A stretch of 64,000 nt of DNA from NCBI GenBank assembly GCA_964599455.1, contig CAZREA010000001.1, positions 199,687 to 263,686 on the forward strand, read 5' to 3'. The stretch comes from an uncultured Gammaproteobacteria bacterium. GTDB taxonomy: Bacteria; Patescibacteriota; Patescibacteriia; UBA9934. Every line of letters begins with the position of its first letter. Within the stretch, counting starts at the first letter, position 1. Shown one piece after another: positions 30,251 to 43,399 of the stretch. Position numbers and translations under genes: made by a program. Below the pieces are notes generated by a model. That model was not told where the DNA came from. It searched no databases and saw only the letters and a list, made by a program, of their open reading frames with translations.

Positions 30251-31012
30251 CTAGCCGATTTTCTCCTTTTGTGCCGTGTTCCTTATCCACAGAGCCGTTG
30301 AAATGCCAATAAAGAAGAGGGGGATCGAGAAAAATTGTCCGGGAGTCAGTCCCCAAACATGCACATCGGCAATTCGCAAAAAATCTAACGCAAAACGTGC
30401 AACTCCATACCACAACGCAAAAATAATCACATACATCCCTACCGGCCGATCACGTCGCGAAAGCCAAAGAAAAAGCAATGAGAGGGAGAATGCATTAATC
30501 GCTAAATAGAGTCCCAAATCATGATGCACTTCGCCATCTGGATAGCGAACACCGAGCACAAAATCCGTGAGCGTACCTGGATGATCATGAATCAAAAAAC
30601 AACCGATGCGTCCAAATACTTTACCAAAGGGTAAACCAAAAACAAGCACATCCGCATATCGCCACACATCAAGCTGATGACGCTTCAGATACCACAGTCC
30701 CGTTCCGACGCAGGCGATAAGTCCGCCAAAAACCGAAAGTCCGCCATCCCAAATTTTCACTATTTCGAGTGGTTGCGTGATGAAGTAATGAAGGTCATAA
30801 AACAGTACATGACCCAGTCGGCCACCCAGCAAACCGGCCAACATCATGTAAGGCACAATATCCCAAACGACTTTTGCATCATCGCCTCGTCGTTTGGCAA
30901 ACCACGAAGCCATCGTTCCTCCCACTAAAAATCCGATGACCGCAAATAATCCCCACACCTGCAATGTCAGCGGTCCAAAAGAAAACGTTTGCCAGGTAAA
31001 ATAGGGGATCAC
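30251..31012 (-). CDS. lgt: Prolipoprotein diacylglyceryl transferase
   Basis: GGRLGHVLFY, WDGGLSVFGG, GRIGCF, RFALDFLR. Confidence 0.9.
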   Translation of the reverse strand: MIPYFTWQTFSFGPLTLQVWGLFAVIGFLVGGTMASWFAKRRGDDAKVVWDIVPYMMLAGLLGGRLGHVLFYDLHYFITQPLEIVKIWDGGLSVFGGLIACVGTGLWYLKRHQLDVWRYADVLVFGLPFGKVFGRIGCFLIHDHPGTLTDFVLGVRYPDGEVHHDLGLYLAINAFSLSLLFLWLSRRDRPVGMYVIIFALWYGVARFALDFLRIADVHVWGLTPGQFFSIPLFFIGISTALWIRNTAQKEKIG

Positions 31013-31018
31013 ACGTTG

Positions 31019-32485
31019 TTACTGTATGAGCTTTTCAAAAGCCGCAGCCACCGCCAAAACTTTCTCATCATCAAAAGCCTTTCCTTGGAATTGTAAGCCG
31101 ATAGGCAGTCCGTCCACTTTACCGCACGGAATAGAAATTGCCGGTAAGCCAGCAATATTCGCTGGAGCCGTAAGGACATCGGCGAGATACATCGCTAAAG
31201 GATCAGCAACTTTTTCCCCAATATTCCACGCCACCGTTGGTGCAGTCGGAGAGATGATAACGTCTACTTTTTCAAAAGCCGCATTAAATTCATTTACAAG
31301 CGCGTTACGCACTGCCAGTGCTTTTTTATAAAAGGCATCGTAATACCCTGCCGATAAGACAAAGGAACCGAGCATGATGCGACGCTTTACCTCGGGACCA
31401 AAACCCTCACTGCGCGCCGCAAGATACGATTCTTCAAGATTGCCCGGCGCACGCGTGCCGTAACGCATACCATCATACCGACCAAGATTGGAAGAAACTT
31501 CTGCAGGTTGAATGATGTAATAGACAGGCAAAGCGTAAGGCGTGAGTGGCAAAGAAAGCTGAACGATTTCCGCACCGTGTTCTTTTAATTTCGCGATCGC
31601 TTGCTCAACCGCAGCACGAACACCCGCGTCCATGCCATCAATAAAATATTCGCGCGGGACGCCGATGCGCAAATCACGAAGCACCTGCGCTCCGCTTCCA
31701 CCGACCCCTTCTTTCTCCCCCTTGGAAAGGGGGAGTTCCACTTTCTCGTCCAATTTCACGCTCGTTCCATCATGCTCATCGCGTCCTTCAATAATCGACA
31801 AACACAGTGCTGCATCCTCGACCGTACGTGCAAACGGTCCAATTTGATCCAAACTCGATGCCATAGCCATAAGGCCATAGCGCGACACACGACCATAGGT
31901 TGGCTTCATACCCACCACACCGCACATGGCCGCCGGCTGACGGATACTTCCACCCGTATCAGAGGCCAGCGCAAGCGGGACAAACCCCGCTGCAACCGCT
32001 GCCGCAGAACCACCACTTGAACCCCCAGGAATCTTTTCATGATTATGAGGATTCACTGTTTTTTGCAAGCCAGAATTTTCTGTTGATCCACCCATGGCAA
32101 ATTCATCCATGTTTGTTCGACCAATAATGATTGCTCCGGCAGCCTCCAGTCGCGACACAACCGTTGCCGTATACGAAGCGCGATAGTTTTGCAAAATTTT
32201 GGAAGCAGAGCTGGCAGTTTGTCCAGCAATAAGCATGTTGTCTTTAATGGCAACAGGAACACCCGCAAGTGGCAATGCTTCTTTTTCTTTTTGAGAAAGC
32301 TCATCGATGCGACGTGCAGCATCAAGCGCATGTTCATCAAACGTTTCTAAAAACGCACCGATGTTTTGATCGCGTTCTTGAATATCAGCAAGCACCGACC
32401 GTATAACATCAACAGCCGTGACTTTGCTAGACACGACCGCAACACGAATCTCGGTAATTGTTTGAGAAGAAAAATCCATATACAT
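31019..32485 (-). CDS. gatA: Asp/Glu-tRNA amidotransferase subunit A
   Basis: GGSSGGSAAA, SDTGGSIRQPA, EVKRRIMLG. Confidence 0.96.
   Translation of the reverse strand: MYMDFSSQTITEIRVAVVSSKVTAVDVIRSVLADIQERDQNIGAFLETFDEHALDAARRIDELSQKEKEALPLAGVPVAIKDNMLIAGQTASSASKILQNYRASYTATVVSRLEAAGAIIIGRTNMDEFAMGGSTENSGLQKTVNPHNHEKIPGGSSGGSAAAVAAGFVPLALASDTGGSIRQPAAMCGVVGMKPTYGRVSRYGLMAMASSLDQIGPFARTVEDAALCLSIIEGRDEHDGTSVKLDEKVELPLSKGEKEGVGGSGAQVLRDLRIGVPREYFIDGMDAGVRAAVEQAIAKLKEHGAEIVQLSLPLTPYALPVYYIIQPAEVSSNLGRYDGMRYGTRAPGNLEESYLAARSEGFGPEVKRRIMLGSFVLSAGYYDAFYKKALAVRNALVNEFNAAFEKVDVIISPTAPTVAWNIGEKVADPLAMYLADVLTAPANIAGLPAISIPCGKVDGLPIGLQFQGKAFDDEKVLAVAAAFEKLIQ
31703..31736 (-). repeat. Palindromic repeat inserted in frame in gatA (encodes LPLSKGEKEGV)
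   Basis: CTCCCCCTT-tcc-AAGGGGGAG…GAAGGGGTC. Confidence 0.6.
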
Positions 32486-32784
32486 TATGCCCTTCCTTTT
32501 TTCGCGACTTTTACCGATGGTACTTGGAGTGCAGTTCCCATTCGCTCTGGAAAAGCAGCAAGTACTGCATCATGTTCCTTATTATCAGCCACGATGTCAT
32601 CAGCACGAAAAACATTCGTAACATCGGTGATGTAAGCCTTGGGATCAACACTTGACGTATCAACTTCTTGCAGTTTTGCCACGTAATCAATAATCGATGG
32701 AAGTTGTAATTCCATCATGGCGCGCTCGGCATCGGTTAATTGGAGCTTGGAGAGTTTTTCGAGTCTGGGGATGTCGATGTGCAT
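32485..32784 (-). CDS. gatC: Asp/Glu-tRNA amidotransferase subunit C
   Basis: LSKLQL…IIDYVAKLQEVDT…NVFRAD; upstream of gatA. Confidence 0.88.
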   Translation of the reverse strand: MHIDIPRLEKLSKLQLTDAERAMMELQLPSIIDYVAKLQEVDTSSVDPKAYITDVTNVFRADDIVADNKEHDAVLAAFPERMGTALQVPSVKVAKKGRA

Positions 32785-32854
32785 AGTGATTAGTCGGTTA
32801 AAACGGTTAACCGGTTAAACGTCTTTATCGCCTTAACCGCTCTATCCTACCATT

Positions 32855-35727
<2,873 letters not shown>

Positions 35728-35729
35728 AC

Positions 35730-36263
35730 TTACTCGGTTGTCGTTTCTTCGTCAGTTACATCCTCTCCTGCGTAGACAGAACACGCACCGGCAACAAAAC
35801 CATTTTCGGTTAAACAATTTAAGCCTTTATCCAATCCCAGCGCACTATTTTCCTGTTCTAGTTCAAATTGCACGCGATAACTTTCCCCATCGGTGGTGTA
35901 GCAATACGCATTCTCATTTCCGCTACAAGATGATAATTTCTTTAAACCCGCAGCAGGAGTTGCGAATACTACTTCAAGATACGGCAAATCGGTCGCATCA
36001 CTTGCACAAGGAGCGCTAAAGCCCTCCTTCGACAAACAGGCTGTGGTAGTTTGACCAAGCGCTAATGCCGATCCATCTTCGTTACCCACAGGATACGTAC
36101 CGTTTTCCAAAAAGAACAAGTCAAGTCCAATTTGCAAATCGCGTACGTGCGCAATACGCGTCACGTCGCGCAACTGTGAACGTGCGGACAAAATAAGGAA
36201 TCCAGAGATTACTCCCAGAATTCCGATCACCAGCCCAATGGCAAGCATTTCTGATTTTTGCAT
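35730..36263 (-). CDS. Pilin/pseudopilin-like protein
   Basis: TM then ARxxxRDxxRIAxxxxLQxGLDLFFxxNGTYP. Confidence 0.75.
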   Translation of the reverse strand: MQKSEMLAIGLVIGILGVISGFLILSARSQLRDVTRIAHVRDLQIGLDLFFLENGTYPVGNEDGSALALGQTTTACLSKEGFSAPCASDATDLPYLEVVFATPAAGLKKLSSCSGNENAYCYTTDGESYRVQFELEQENSALGLDKGLNCLTENGFVAGACSVYAGEDVTDEETTTE

Positions 36264-36271
36264 AGAATAAT

Positions 36272-36646
36272 TTACGGTAACAAATTCCCCGCTATCCGCA
36301 CTATGTCTTGCGACGACTGATGACCAATAAGAATAATAGTCTCAGCTCCTGCAGATAGGATAGCATGAACTTGAGCTGCTGAAGGATGTTCAGCTAAAAC
36401 GATGATGCGACTTTTAAGAAGCGTTGGTAATGTCTTCCAGCGTCGCAGTGTTTCTTCCACATCGTCAACCACTCGAGCGTCGAGCAAAACGATGTGCGGA
36501 CGAAAGCGAACTGCGCGTCGTTCGGCATCTTCTTGATGGAGTGCCTCTTGTGTTTGCCATCCCTCGGCTTCAAAGCGACGCACTGCTGCAGCGCGCAAAA
36601 CCGCATCTTGGCAAACAAGTAAAACACTCGGTTCGCGACGCGTCAT
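36272..36646 (-). CDS. Degenerate single-domain response-regulator receiver
   Basis: PHIVLLD; GAETI. Confidence 0.65.
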   Translation of the reverse strand: MTRREPSVLLVCQDAVLRAAAVRRFEAEGWQTQEALHQEDAERRAVRFRPHIVLLDARVVDDVEETLRRWKTLPTLLKSRIIVLAEHPSAAQVHAILSAGAETIILIGHQSSQDIVRIAGNLLP

Positions 36647-37779
36647 ACCCGATCACTCTTAGCAATGCGTAATGCCAATCCCGCAGCCACCGCTAAACGT
36701 GGTCCCACCTCTTCAAGAACAGCCTGAGCATCGGGCGGCGTGGCAATCCACGACCACGGATTACCCACATAGACATTCACTCCCAAAACGCTTGTTAAAT
36801 ACGGATCAAGTCCTGGCAAATGCGCCGAGCCGCCGGTTACTAAAATCTTCTCAACGCCTCCCTGCTCCGCTGATTGTTGACTATACAATTCAAGCGCATA
36901 CCGCATTTCATGCACGATTGGCTTCATCGCTTCCTCAAGCGGTTTTGGCATAGCATCACCCGAAAACGCCAAATCACGTTTTACCTTCTCGGCCTCACCC
37001 ACAGTCAATCCCATACCGGCAGCCAACGCTTGCGTAATACTTTCGCCACCTGCCTTTATTCCTCGAGTCAAAAACGGCACGCCATGATCAACAATCGTCA
37101 CGTTCGTTCGCTTGCCACCAATATCCACAATCATCACGCGCGAAGGATCATCGCCAACTAATGCACGTGACATCGCAAATACTTCCGTCTCTAACGAGAC
37201 AAGCTCGATATTCGCTTGGGCAAACAGATCAATATATTTTTGAATAAGTGTTTTGGGAGCGCCCGTTAACAACACGCGCATGAACTTTGCTTTCTTTTCT
37301 GCAGGAGCCGAATCGGTGGTTGCAGCCGGTGTTTGAGGGTTTTCGGCAGGCAATAAATCTTTATCTAAAATAGTGGAATCAAGAACCATCTCTTCAATGG
37401 GAAGTGGGAAAAACTTTTTTGCCTGGGCTTCAATCGCCGGACGAATATCATCACTGCGTTTTTGTGGCACCGGAATACTCACAATCGTATGAAACACTTC
37501 GGAAGCCGGAAGTGCCGCTACACCCTTTTTTGCTTTCACCCCTGCTTCAGTAAATATGCGTTTAAGAATAGCGACCGCTTTGGGAATATCGGCCAAAAAT
37601 CCCGATTCAGCACTCAGGCTCTTTTCGGCAAACTCGGAATAACCGTAAGTTGTTAATCGCGGCTTACCCTTTTCTAAAGTGACCTCAACAACTTTCATAC
37701 CCAAGGTGCCGATATCAATGCCAAGCAAACCATCGAACACGGGTTCTTGCTCTTTTTTCTTCCCTCCAAAAAGTGACAT
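36643..37779 (-). CDS. pilM: Type IV pilus assembly protein PilM
   Basis: LGIDIG, VDIGG, VTGGSA, VAAGLALR. Confidence 0.92.
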   Translation of the reverse strand: MSLFGGKKKEQEPVFDGLLGIDIGTLGMKVVEVTLEKGKPRLTTYGYSEFAEKSLSAESGFLADIPKAVAILKRIFTEAGVKAKKGVAALPASEVFHTIVSIPVPQKRSDDIRPAIEAQAKKFFPLPIEEMVLDSTILDKDLLPAENPQTPAATTDSAPAEKKAKFMRVLLTGAPKTLIQKYIDLFAQANIELVSLETEVFAMSRALVGDDPSRVMIVDIGGKRTNVTIVDHGVPFLTRGIKAGGESITQALAAGMGLTVGEAEKVKRDLAFSGDAMPKPLEEAMKPIVHEMRYALELYSQQSAEQGGVEKILVTGGSAHLPGLDPYLTSVLGVNVYVGNPWSWIATPPDAQAVLEEVGPRLAVAAGLALRIAKSDRV

Positions 37780-37830
37780 ATAGAGGAAGTATAGCAAAGA
37801 AAATGCGAAATCCGAAGTATGAAATGCAAC

Positions 37831-37880
37831 CACCTGCACGAAAGGCTTCGATGGCTCTCGAAAACTTTAGCGAAGGGTCA
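37831..37880. repeat. Possible degenerate intergenic palindromic repeat (CTTCGCTAAAG… type)
   Basis: Resembles a recurrent repeat class from memory; single copy here. Confidence 0.3.
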
Positions 37881-37913
37881 AAAGACGAAATTCAAAAAAG
37901 TGTTTGAGAGATG

Positions 37914-38017
37914 AAAAAAATCCGTACATGACGTACGGATTTTTTATGACCGCCCTTTCGTTCTCATGATACATGAGCATGAAAGGGCGGTAGGCGACTC
38001 AGCAGAACTGAGTCGCC
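37914..38017 (-). terminator. Cassette double-hairpin trailer (37949-38017) followed by a native-type terminator (37914-37945)
   Basis: GGCGACTCAG/CTGAGTCGCC, then TACCGCCC…GGGCGGT, then AAAAAATCCGTAC/GTACGGATTTTTT. Confidence 0.75.
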
Positions 38018-38039
38018 CGAGACGTGCCTTCCGTGACGC

Positions 38040-38648
38040 TCAGGGCGCGCTGCGGAAGGGCACGTAGGCGAGGCGGGTTCCCTCGGCGCCAGCCTCGAGG
38101 TCAGCGCGGATCGGCTCGGGGTCCGCAACACCCAGGCTCTTGCTGCGCGGATCGGAAGCCGAGGCTACGGCCAAGGTGACCAGGGTGCGACCCTCGCCCT
38201 CGCGTGAAGCGCGGGCGATGACGTACTCCAAGCTCATTCGGTCGAGGGCCTTAGGCGAGAGGACAAAGTAGAGGTCCTCCTGCCCGTAGGGAGCCTTGAC
38301 GATGATGGGGGCGGCGGAACTTCCGACGGAGAATTTTCCGTCATTCGTCCACCCACCTTCCTTGAGCATGCCGATCTCCCCCCGCCGATTGACGTTGACG
38401 GCGTGGGCGTAACCCGCCTCGCCGCCATCGATCTCGAACCAGAACTTGTCTCCGGACCGGAAGGTTCCGGCCTCGCGAGGCCCGTCTGCGGTCTGGATGA
38501 CCACCTCAAGCTGCGAGACGACGGCCTGGTCAGTGAGGCTCAAGCACTTTTCGCCAACAGCTTTGGTCCCTGAGGGGCAGGCAGAGGCCGAGCTCCCCGT
38601 GATGCTGAGGGCGACGAGCAGGGCGGTCAAAGCAGTAGCGAAACGCAT
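38040..38648 (-). CDS. GC-rich cassette gene: secreted DUF4384-like protein
   Basis: Signal peptide; FRSGDxFxF…GYAHAVNV…G; GQEDLYFVLS; SD AGGAG; promoter TTGTAA-17-TATTAT (38786-38758). Confidence 0.78.
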   Translation of the reverse strand: MRFATALTALLVALSITGSSASACPSGTKAVGEKCLSLTDQAVVSQLEVVIQTADGPREAGTFRSGDKFWFEIDGGEAGYAHAVNVNRRGEIGMLKEGGWTNDGKFSVGSSAAPIIVKAPYGQEDLYFVLSPKALDRMSLEYVIARASREGEGRTLVTLAVASASDPRSKSLGVADPEPIRADLEAGAEGTRLAYVPFRSAP

Positions 38649-38930
38649 GCGATCTCCTGAAGAAGGCCAAAGGCCGGGTGAGAAGTGAGATAGATTCCCC
38701 GATTATCATCAATTTCTGACAAAAACGGGGGAAGCTATCTCTGCATTTCAACAAACAATAATAGCAAAGAAATGGCTTTTTTACAAATACAATGGTGGAT
38801 CGTTTGGCATTATAAAAAGAAACAATCTTATTCGCTAATATTAAACAATATTCTCTTTTGATCGCAAAACGAAAAACAAGCTTGGAAAAAGCCTGTTTTT
38901 GGTGAATTTGAATGTAATGAATGGATCTCG

Positions 38931-38974
38931 AGATCCTTCGGAGTCACTTGCAAGCACGACTCCTCAGGATGACA
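38931..38974. repeat. AGATCCTTCG…CTCAGGATGAC palindromic repeat half-unit
   Basis: Matches the repeat class often found near GIY-YIG nuclease genes. Confidence 0.5.
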
Positions 38975-38982
38975 CAACCTCC

Positions 38983-39330
38983 TTATCCCTTCTTAAATGT
39001 CACTTTAAACGCTGGTACCCATTTGGTATTAAAATCATCCACGATTTCGACCGGCTCGCCGGAGACGTACATGGTTAACGCAATGTCAGAAATGAGTTCG
39101 TGATCGGTTTTGATGTCGAGATTCAGTTCTTCGAGCTTAGCTTTATCCATTTCGCGAGAAAGAATTTCGTTTTCAATAGATTTTTTCTCGGCCTTTAACT
39201 TTGTGATTTCTTCAATAAGTTCTTGATAGCGATCATGGGTACGTAGCGCATCTTGAAAAGAGGTTTTCAGATCTTTTCGTTCGGCCTTCTTGAGTTTTAA
39301 ACGAGTATAGATTTCATGGAGAGATTGCAT
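38983..39330 (-). CDS. Conserved hypothetical coiled-coil protein
   Basis: LISDIAL…GEPVEIVD…P-x-F-x-V-x-FKK. Confidence 0.75.
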   Translation of the reverse strand: MQSLHEIYTRLKLKKAERKDLKTSFQDALRTHDRYQELIEEITKLKAEKKSIENEILSREMDKAKLEELNLDIKTDHELISDIALTMYVSGEPVEIVDDFNTKWVPAFKVTFKKG

Positions 39331-39375
39331 AGCTGCACGATGATAACACGACGAAGAGATTTATGTATCCACATC

Positions 39376-42000
39376 CTACTTCTTCTTAAACATGTTCATC
39401 GCTTGCGACATCAATTTTGGCGCGGCAGCTAAAAATGCACGTGCGGTTGCAGCTTGATCGAGGACCTTAAAAAGATTGTAAACAACCTCACGTGCAACAT
39501 CTTCTCGCATGGTGCTAAACAAGCGGAATGATTCTTTTTTGTATTCAACAAGCGGATCGCGTTGCGCATAGCCTTGCAACCCAATCGTACGGCGCAAATA
39601 GGTCATGTCATCAAGATGGCGCATCCAGGCTGCATCCATTGCGCGCAAAAGCATCGTACGTTCAATATTTTTCACAATATCTGCATCAGCAATCTTTTCC
39701 TGCGCCTTCACAAAACGCTCATTCACTATTTTAATCATGTCTTCGATAACCGCAGTGCGCTGCATAAGAAGCTTCTCTTTATCAAGTGAAAGCTCAACAA
39801 GATGGCCACGCAATGATGCGCCTTCTTCTTCGGTTAATGGCGTAATAGTGTTGAGGTTTTCCAAAATTTCTTTTGGATCCCAATCACTTTTCTTTTCGGC
39901 ATCAGTAAAAGCTGCAGGGACATCGGTTGTATCTTTTGAGGTGTGCAAAAAGACGATGCGTTCAATTTCGCTTTCAATCATGCGTACCACCTCGTCATGT
40001 GCATCAGCGCGCTCGCCAGTCACCAACCCATGGCGCTCGGCATAAATCGCCATACGATGTTTATTCAGCACATCGTCGTACTGCAACACATGTTTACGGG
40101 TATCAAAATGATGCCCTTCAACACGTTGCTGCGCTTTCTCGAGCGATCGAGTTACCATCTTGCTTTCAATCGGCATGTCGTCTTCGATGCCGAGCGTATT
40201 CATCATGCTTTTCACGCGATCGGAACCGAAGATGCGCATCAAATCATCATCAAGCGACACAAAGAATTGCGTTGAACCCGGATCACCCTGACGACCCGCA
40301 CGACCACGCAACTGATTATCAATACGACGACTTTCATGACGCTCGGTACCAATAACATGCAAACCGCCCAACGCACGAACTTCTTCGGCTTCCTTCGCGT
40401 CGGGTGGATTACCACCAAGCAAAATATCCACACCACGACCGGCCATGTTGGTGGCAATGGTGACCGCGCCTTTGCGACCTGCTTGCGCAATAATTTCTGC
40501 TTCTTGTTCGTGATTCTTCGCGTTCAACATCTTGTGCGGAATGCCAGCTGCCATCAGTGCCTGTGAAAGTAATTGGTTTTTTTCAATCGAGACCGTACCA
40601 ATCAACACCGGCTGACCTTTTTCATGTCGTTCTTTCACTTCACGTGCAACGGCAATCCACTTCCCTTTTTCGTTTTTAAAAACACGATCTGGTAAATCTT
40701 TCCGTTGATTATCCCGATGGGTAGGGATTTGTAGAACATCAAGATGATAAATTTTTGAAAATTCTTCGGCTTCGGTAACGGCCGTACCCGTCATACCCGC
40801 AAGCTTTTTATATAAGCGGAAATAATTTTGAAAGGTGATGGTTGCCAACGTCTTACTTTCGCGTTGAATCTTCACACCTTCCTTGGCTTCGATTGCTTGA
40901 TGCAAACCTTCCGAGTAGCGTCGGCCCTCCATCAAGCGTCCGGTAAATTCATCAACAATCATCACCTCTCCATTACGCACCACATATTCACGATCGATTT
41001 TAAAAAGTGCCTGCGCTCGCAATGCCTGTTCGGCATGATGCACGTTTTGCAATCCTGAATCATACAAGTTCGCAACGCCGAGCAACTTCTCCACCTTTTG
41101 CAAACCTGGTTCAGTATAGGTTGCCGTTTTCAATTTTTCATCAACATTATAATCTTCACCCTCAACTAAATTTTTGGCGATGTCCGCAAAGGTGTAATAC
41201 AAATCTGCGGATTCTTCGGCAGGAGCAGAAATGATCAGCGGTGTACGTGCTTCATCAATCAAAATCGAGTCGACTTCGTCAACGATGGCATAATGCAAAC
41301 CGCGCTGCACCATGTGATCAGCCGTTTGCGCCATGTTGTCACGCAAATAATCAAAACCAAATTCATTATTTGTTCCATACGTAATATCAGCCGCGTACGC
41401 TTCTTTGCGAGATGATGGGCGTAAAAAGTCTGTGTGAACCTTAAAGCCACTCTTTGCCGCATCTTCCTGTTTTTGTTCTTCGGATTGCTCTTGCGAAGGA
41501 CGAAATGACTCATCAAACAAATACCCGCTTTCGTGCTGAATGCAACCAACAGATAAACCAAGAAAACGAAAAACTCTTCCCATCCACGCTGCATCACGCT
41601 TGGCAAGATAATCGTTTACCGTAATAACATGCGTTCCCTTTCCTTCTAAAGCATTCAAATAAATTGCCGTTGTACTTGTCAGCGTTTTTCCTTCACCGGT
41701 TCGCATCTCGGCAATATTTCCTTGATGCAAGGCAATACCACCCAAAAGTTGCACATCATAATGTCGCTGACCAAGCGTTCGTTTTGCTGCTTCACGACAA
41801 ACGGCAAAGGCCTCGGACAAAAGATCGTCGAGTTTTTCATCCTTTGCGAGCCGATCTTTAAACTCCTGTGTTTTAGCCTTAAGTAACTCGTCGGAAAGGG
41901 CTGAAATCGAGGGTTCCAGAGCATTTATTTTTTCAACATGCTTTTTGAGCGTACCCAGCACACGCGCATTCGGATCAAACAAACGGGCAAAAATCGACAT
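39376..42000 (-). CDS. secA: Preprotein translocase ATPase SecA
   Basis: MRTGEGKT, DEVDSILIDEARTPLIIS, RRIDNQLRGRAGRQGDPG. Confidence 0.97.
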   Translation of the reverse strand: MSIFARLFDPNARVLGTLKKHVEKINALEPSISALSDELLKAKTQEFKDRLAKDEKLDDLLSEAFAVCREAAKRTLGQRHYDVQLLGGIALHQGNIAEMRTGEGKTLTSTTAIYLNALEGKGTHVITVNDYLAKRDAAWMGRVFRFLGLSVGCIQHESGYLFDESFRPSQEQSEEQKQEDAAKSGFKVHTDFLRPSSRKEAYAADITYGTNNEFGFDYLRDNMAQTADHMVQRGLHYAIVDEVDSILIDEARTPLIISAPAEESADLYYTFADIAKNLVEGEDYNVDEKLKTATYTEPGLQKVEKLLGVANLYDSGLQNVHHAEQALRAQALFKIDREYVVRNGEVMIVDEFTGRLMEGRRYSEGLHQAIEAKEGVKIQRESKTLATITFQNYFRLYKKLAGMTGTAVTEAEEFSKIYHLDVLQIPTHRDNQRKDLPDRVFKNEKGKWIAVAREVKERHEKGQPVLIGTVSIEKNQLLSQALMAAGIPHKMLNAKNHEQEAEIIAQAGRKGAVTIATNMAGRGVDILLGGNPPDAKEAEEVRALGGLHVIGTERHESRRIDNQLRGRAGRQGDPGSTQFFVSLDDDLMRIFGSDRVKSMMNTLGIEDDMPIESKMVTRSLEKAQQRVEGHHFDTRKHVLQYDDVLNKHRMAIYAERHGLVTGERADAHDEVVRMIESEIERIVFLHTSKDTTDVPAAFTDAEKKSDWDPKEILENLNTITPLTEEEGASLRGHLVELSLDKEKLLMQRTAVIEDMIKIVNERFVKAQEKIADADIVKNIERTMLLRAMDAAWMRHLDDMTYLRRTIGLQGYAQRDPLVEYKKESFRLFSTMREDVAREVVYNLFKVLDQAATARAFLAAAPKLMSQAMNMFKKK

Positions 42001-42135
42001 AAGAAAGAAAAGAAAAATTCCAGAGAATTGTGCCTGAAAACAGGCCTAAAAACAAGAAAGGGTTGTAATTTAGCCGAAAATGTGGTATTTTGAATGGTTA
42101 CTGGTGTGTGAAAGCCTAATCATCGTGAGGTACAA

Positions 42136-42615
42136 ATGAATTTCGAAGCAATGGCCGTGATTGCCGCGTTCGTCTCTCTTCTCTTCCTCCTCGGCTACAT
42201 AGCGTCCGAAAACCGCTCCCGCGCGGAGTTCCTGCAGATGGAGGGGGATCTGCTGCGGAACATCATCTTCAGCGGCATCATGACCGCCCAGGAAGGCGAG
42301 GCGAAGAGGATGCTGATCAACGGCCTCCTCGACAACCTCAAGATGTACCAGCACGAGCACGCGTTCCAGATCGTGCTCATGCTCCTGGCCAGGGGGAAGA
42401 TGAAGTTCTTGGACCTGCGCACCTCCGGAATCGGCGAGCAGCAGGAAGACGGGTTCCGAAGCGCTCTGGTCAACATGTCAGAGGTAAAGTCCTGGGAGAA
42501 GACTTTCGCCTTTCCCAAATCCGCCAACGCCGAGTTCAACATGGAAAATGTGAGAGTCCTTCTGTGCTTCATGCACAGAGGAATCACCCTTCAAGATCTC
42601 GTTCGTCTTCCATAG
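42136..42615 (+). CDS. GC-rich cassette gene A: N-terminal TM ORFan, paralog of 42762
   Basis: Promoter TTGTAA-17-TATTTT (42063-42091); SD GAGG. Confidence 0.8.
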   Translation: MNFEAMAVIAAFVSLLFLLGYIASENRSRAEFLQMEGDLLRNIIFSGIMTAQEGEAKRMLINGLLDNLKMYQHEHAFQIVLMLLARGKMKFLDLRTSGIGEQQEDGFRSALVNMSEVKSWEKTFAFPKSANAEFNMENVRVLLCFMHRGITLQDLVRLP

Positions 42616-42691
42616 ACGACCCGCGCCACGTCGGGGTCGTCTCGAACGCCACCTTCCCTCGCGGGGCGGGTGGCGTTTACGGTTTTAAGGG
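42613..42691 (+). repeat. Cassette 3' repeat, copy 1
   Basis: TAGACGAC…GTCGTCTCGAACGCCACC…GGTGGCGTTTACGGTTTTAAGGG. Confidence 0.8.
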
Positions 42692-42761
42692 CTATGGGGG
42701 TTGTATCTAATGGCAGATGTGGTACTTTACATCGTTACTCACAACCACACAGGAGATGAAC

Positions 42762-43259
42762 ATGAACGGGTTTTTCATCGTCGCCAGCATCGCCGGCGCG
42801 ATCGCCATCACGCTGTTCGTACTCAGCAGCATTCAGGAGAGTGCTCGACGCCAGGAGCGAGTGGAAGTTCTGGAGATGAAGGCGGCCGCATTCCAAAGCA
42901 TCATCTTCGACCTCGTCGTGGCCATGAAGGACAACTTCGAAATCAAGATGAGGCTTGTCGCCGTCCTCTTGGACGACATCAAGATGCACAGGGATGAGCA
43001 CTTGATCATGATCGTGATCAAGCTCATTGCCAAAGGGCACATCAGCTTCTCGGACCTGCGAACCGCTGGCATCGGCGGCGCGGAGTTCGAGGACCTCTTC
43101 CGCAAGGCACTGGCCAGCATGCCGAAAGAGGTGCAGACGTGGAAGCAGTTCTTCGTCGGCCTCGCGCCCAACGTGGAGAACGTCGAGAAGTATGACCTGC
43201 CCAACGTCAGCAGGCTCCTGAGCCTTGTGGACGGCACGGGAAACCTCGACTTCCTCTGA
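42762..43259 (+). CDS. GC-rich cassette gene B: N-terminal TM ORFan, paralog of 42136
   Basis: Promoter TTGTAT-16-TACTTT; SD AGGAG; LLDDIKM…EH…DLRTAGIG shared with gene A. Confidence 0.8.
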   Translation: MNGFFIVASIAGAIAITLFVLSSIQESARRQERVEVLEMKAAAFQSIIFDLVVAMKDNFEIKMRLVAVLLDDIKMHRDEHLIMIVIKLIAKGHISFSDLRTAGIGGAEFEDLFRKALASMPKEVQTWKQFFVGLAPNVENVEKYDLPNVSRLLSLVDGTGNLDFL

Positions 43260-43264
43260 TCTTC

Positions 43265-43323
43265 ACGACTAGAGTCGTCTCGAACGTCACCCTTCGCATT
43301 GGGTGGCGTTTACGGTTTAAGGG
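43265..43323 (+). repeat. Cassette 3' repeat, copy 2
   Basis: ACGACT-AG-AGTCGTCTCGAACGTCACCC…GGGTGGCGTTTACGGTTTAAGGG. Confidence 0.8.
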
Positions 43324-43399
43324 GTGCTGAGGTTGCTTTTTTCAAGGAAATGTGCAATAATAGAGACCGTTTCACACTGCAATTCGGAGGAGATCTGAA

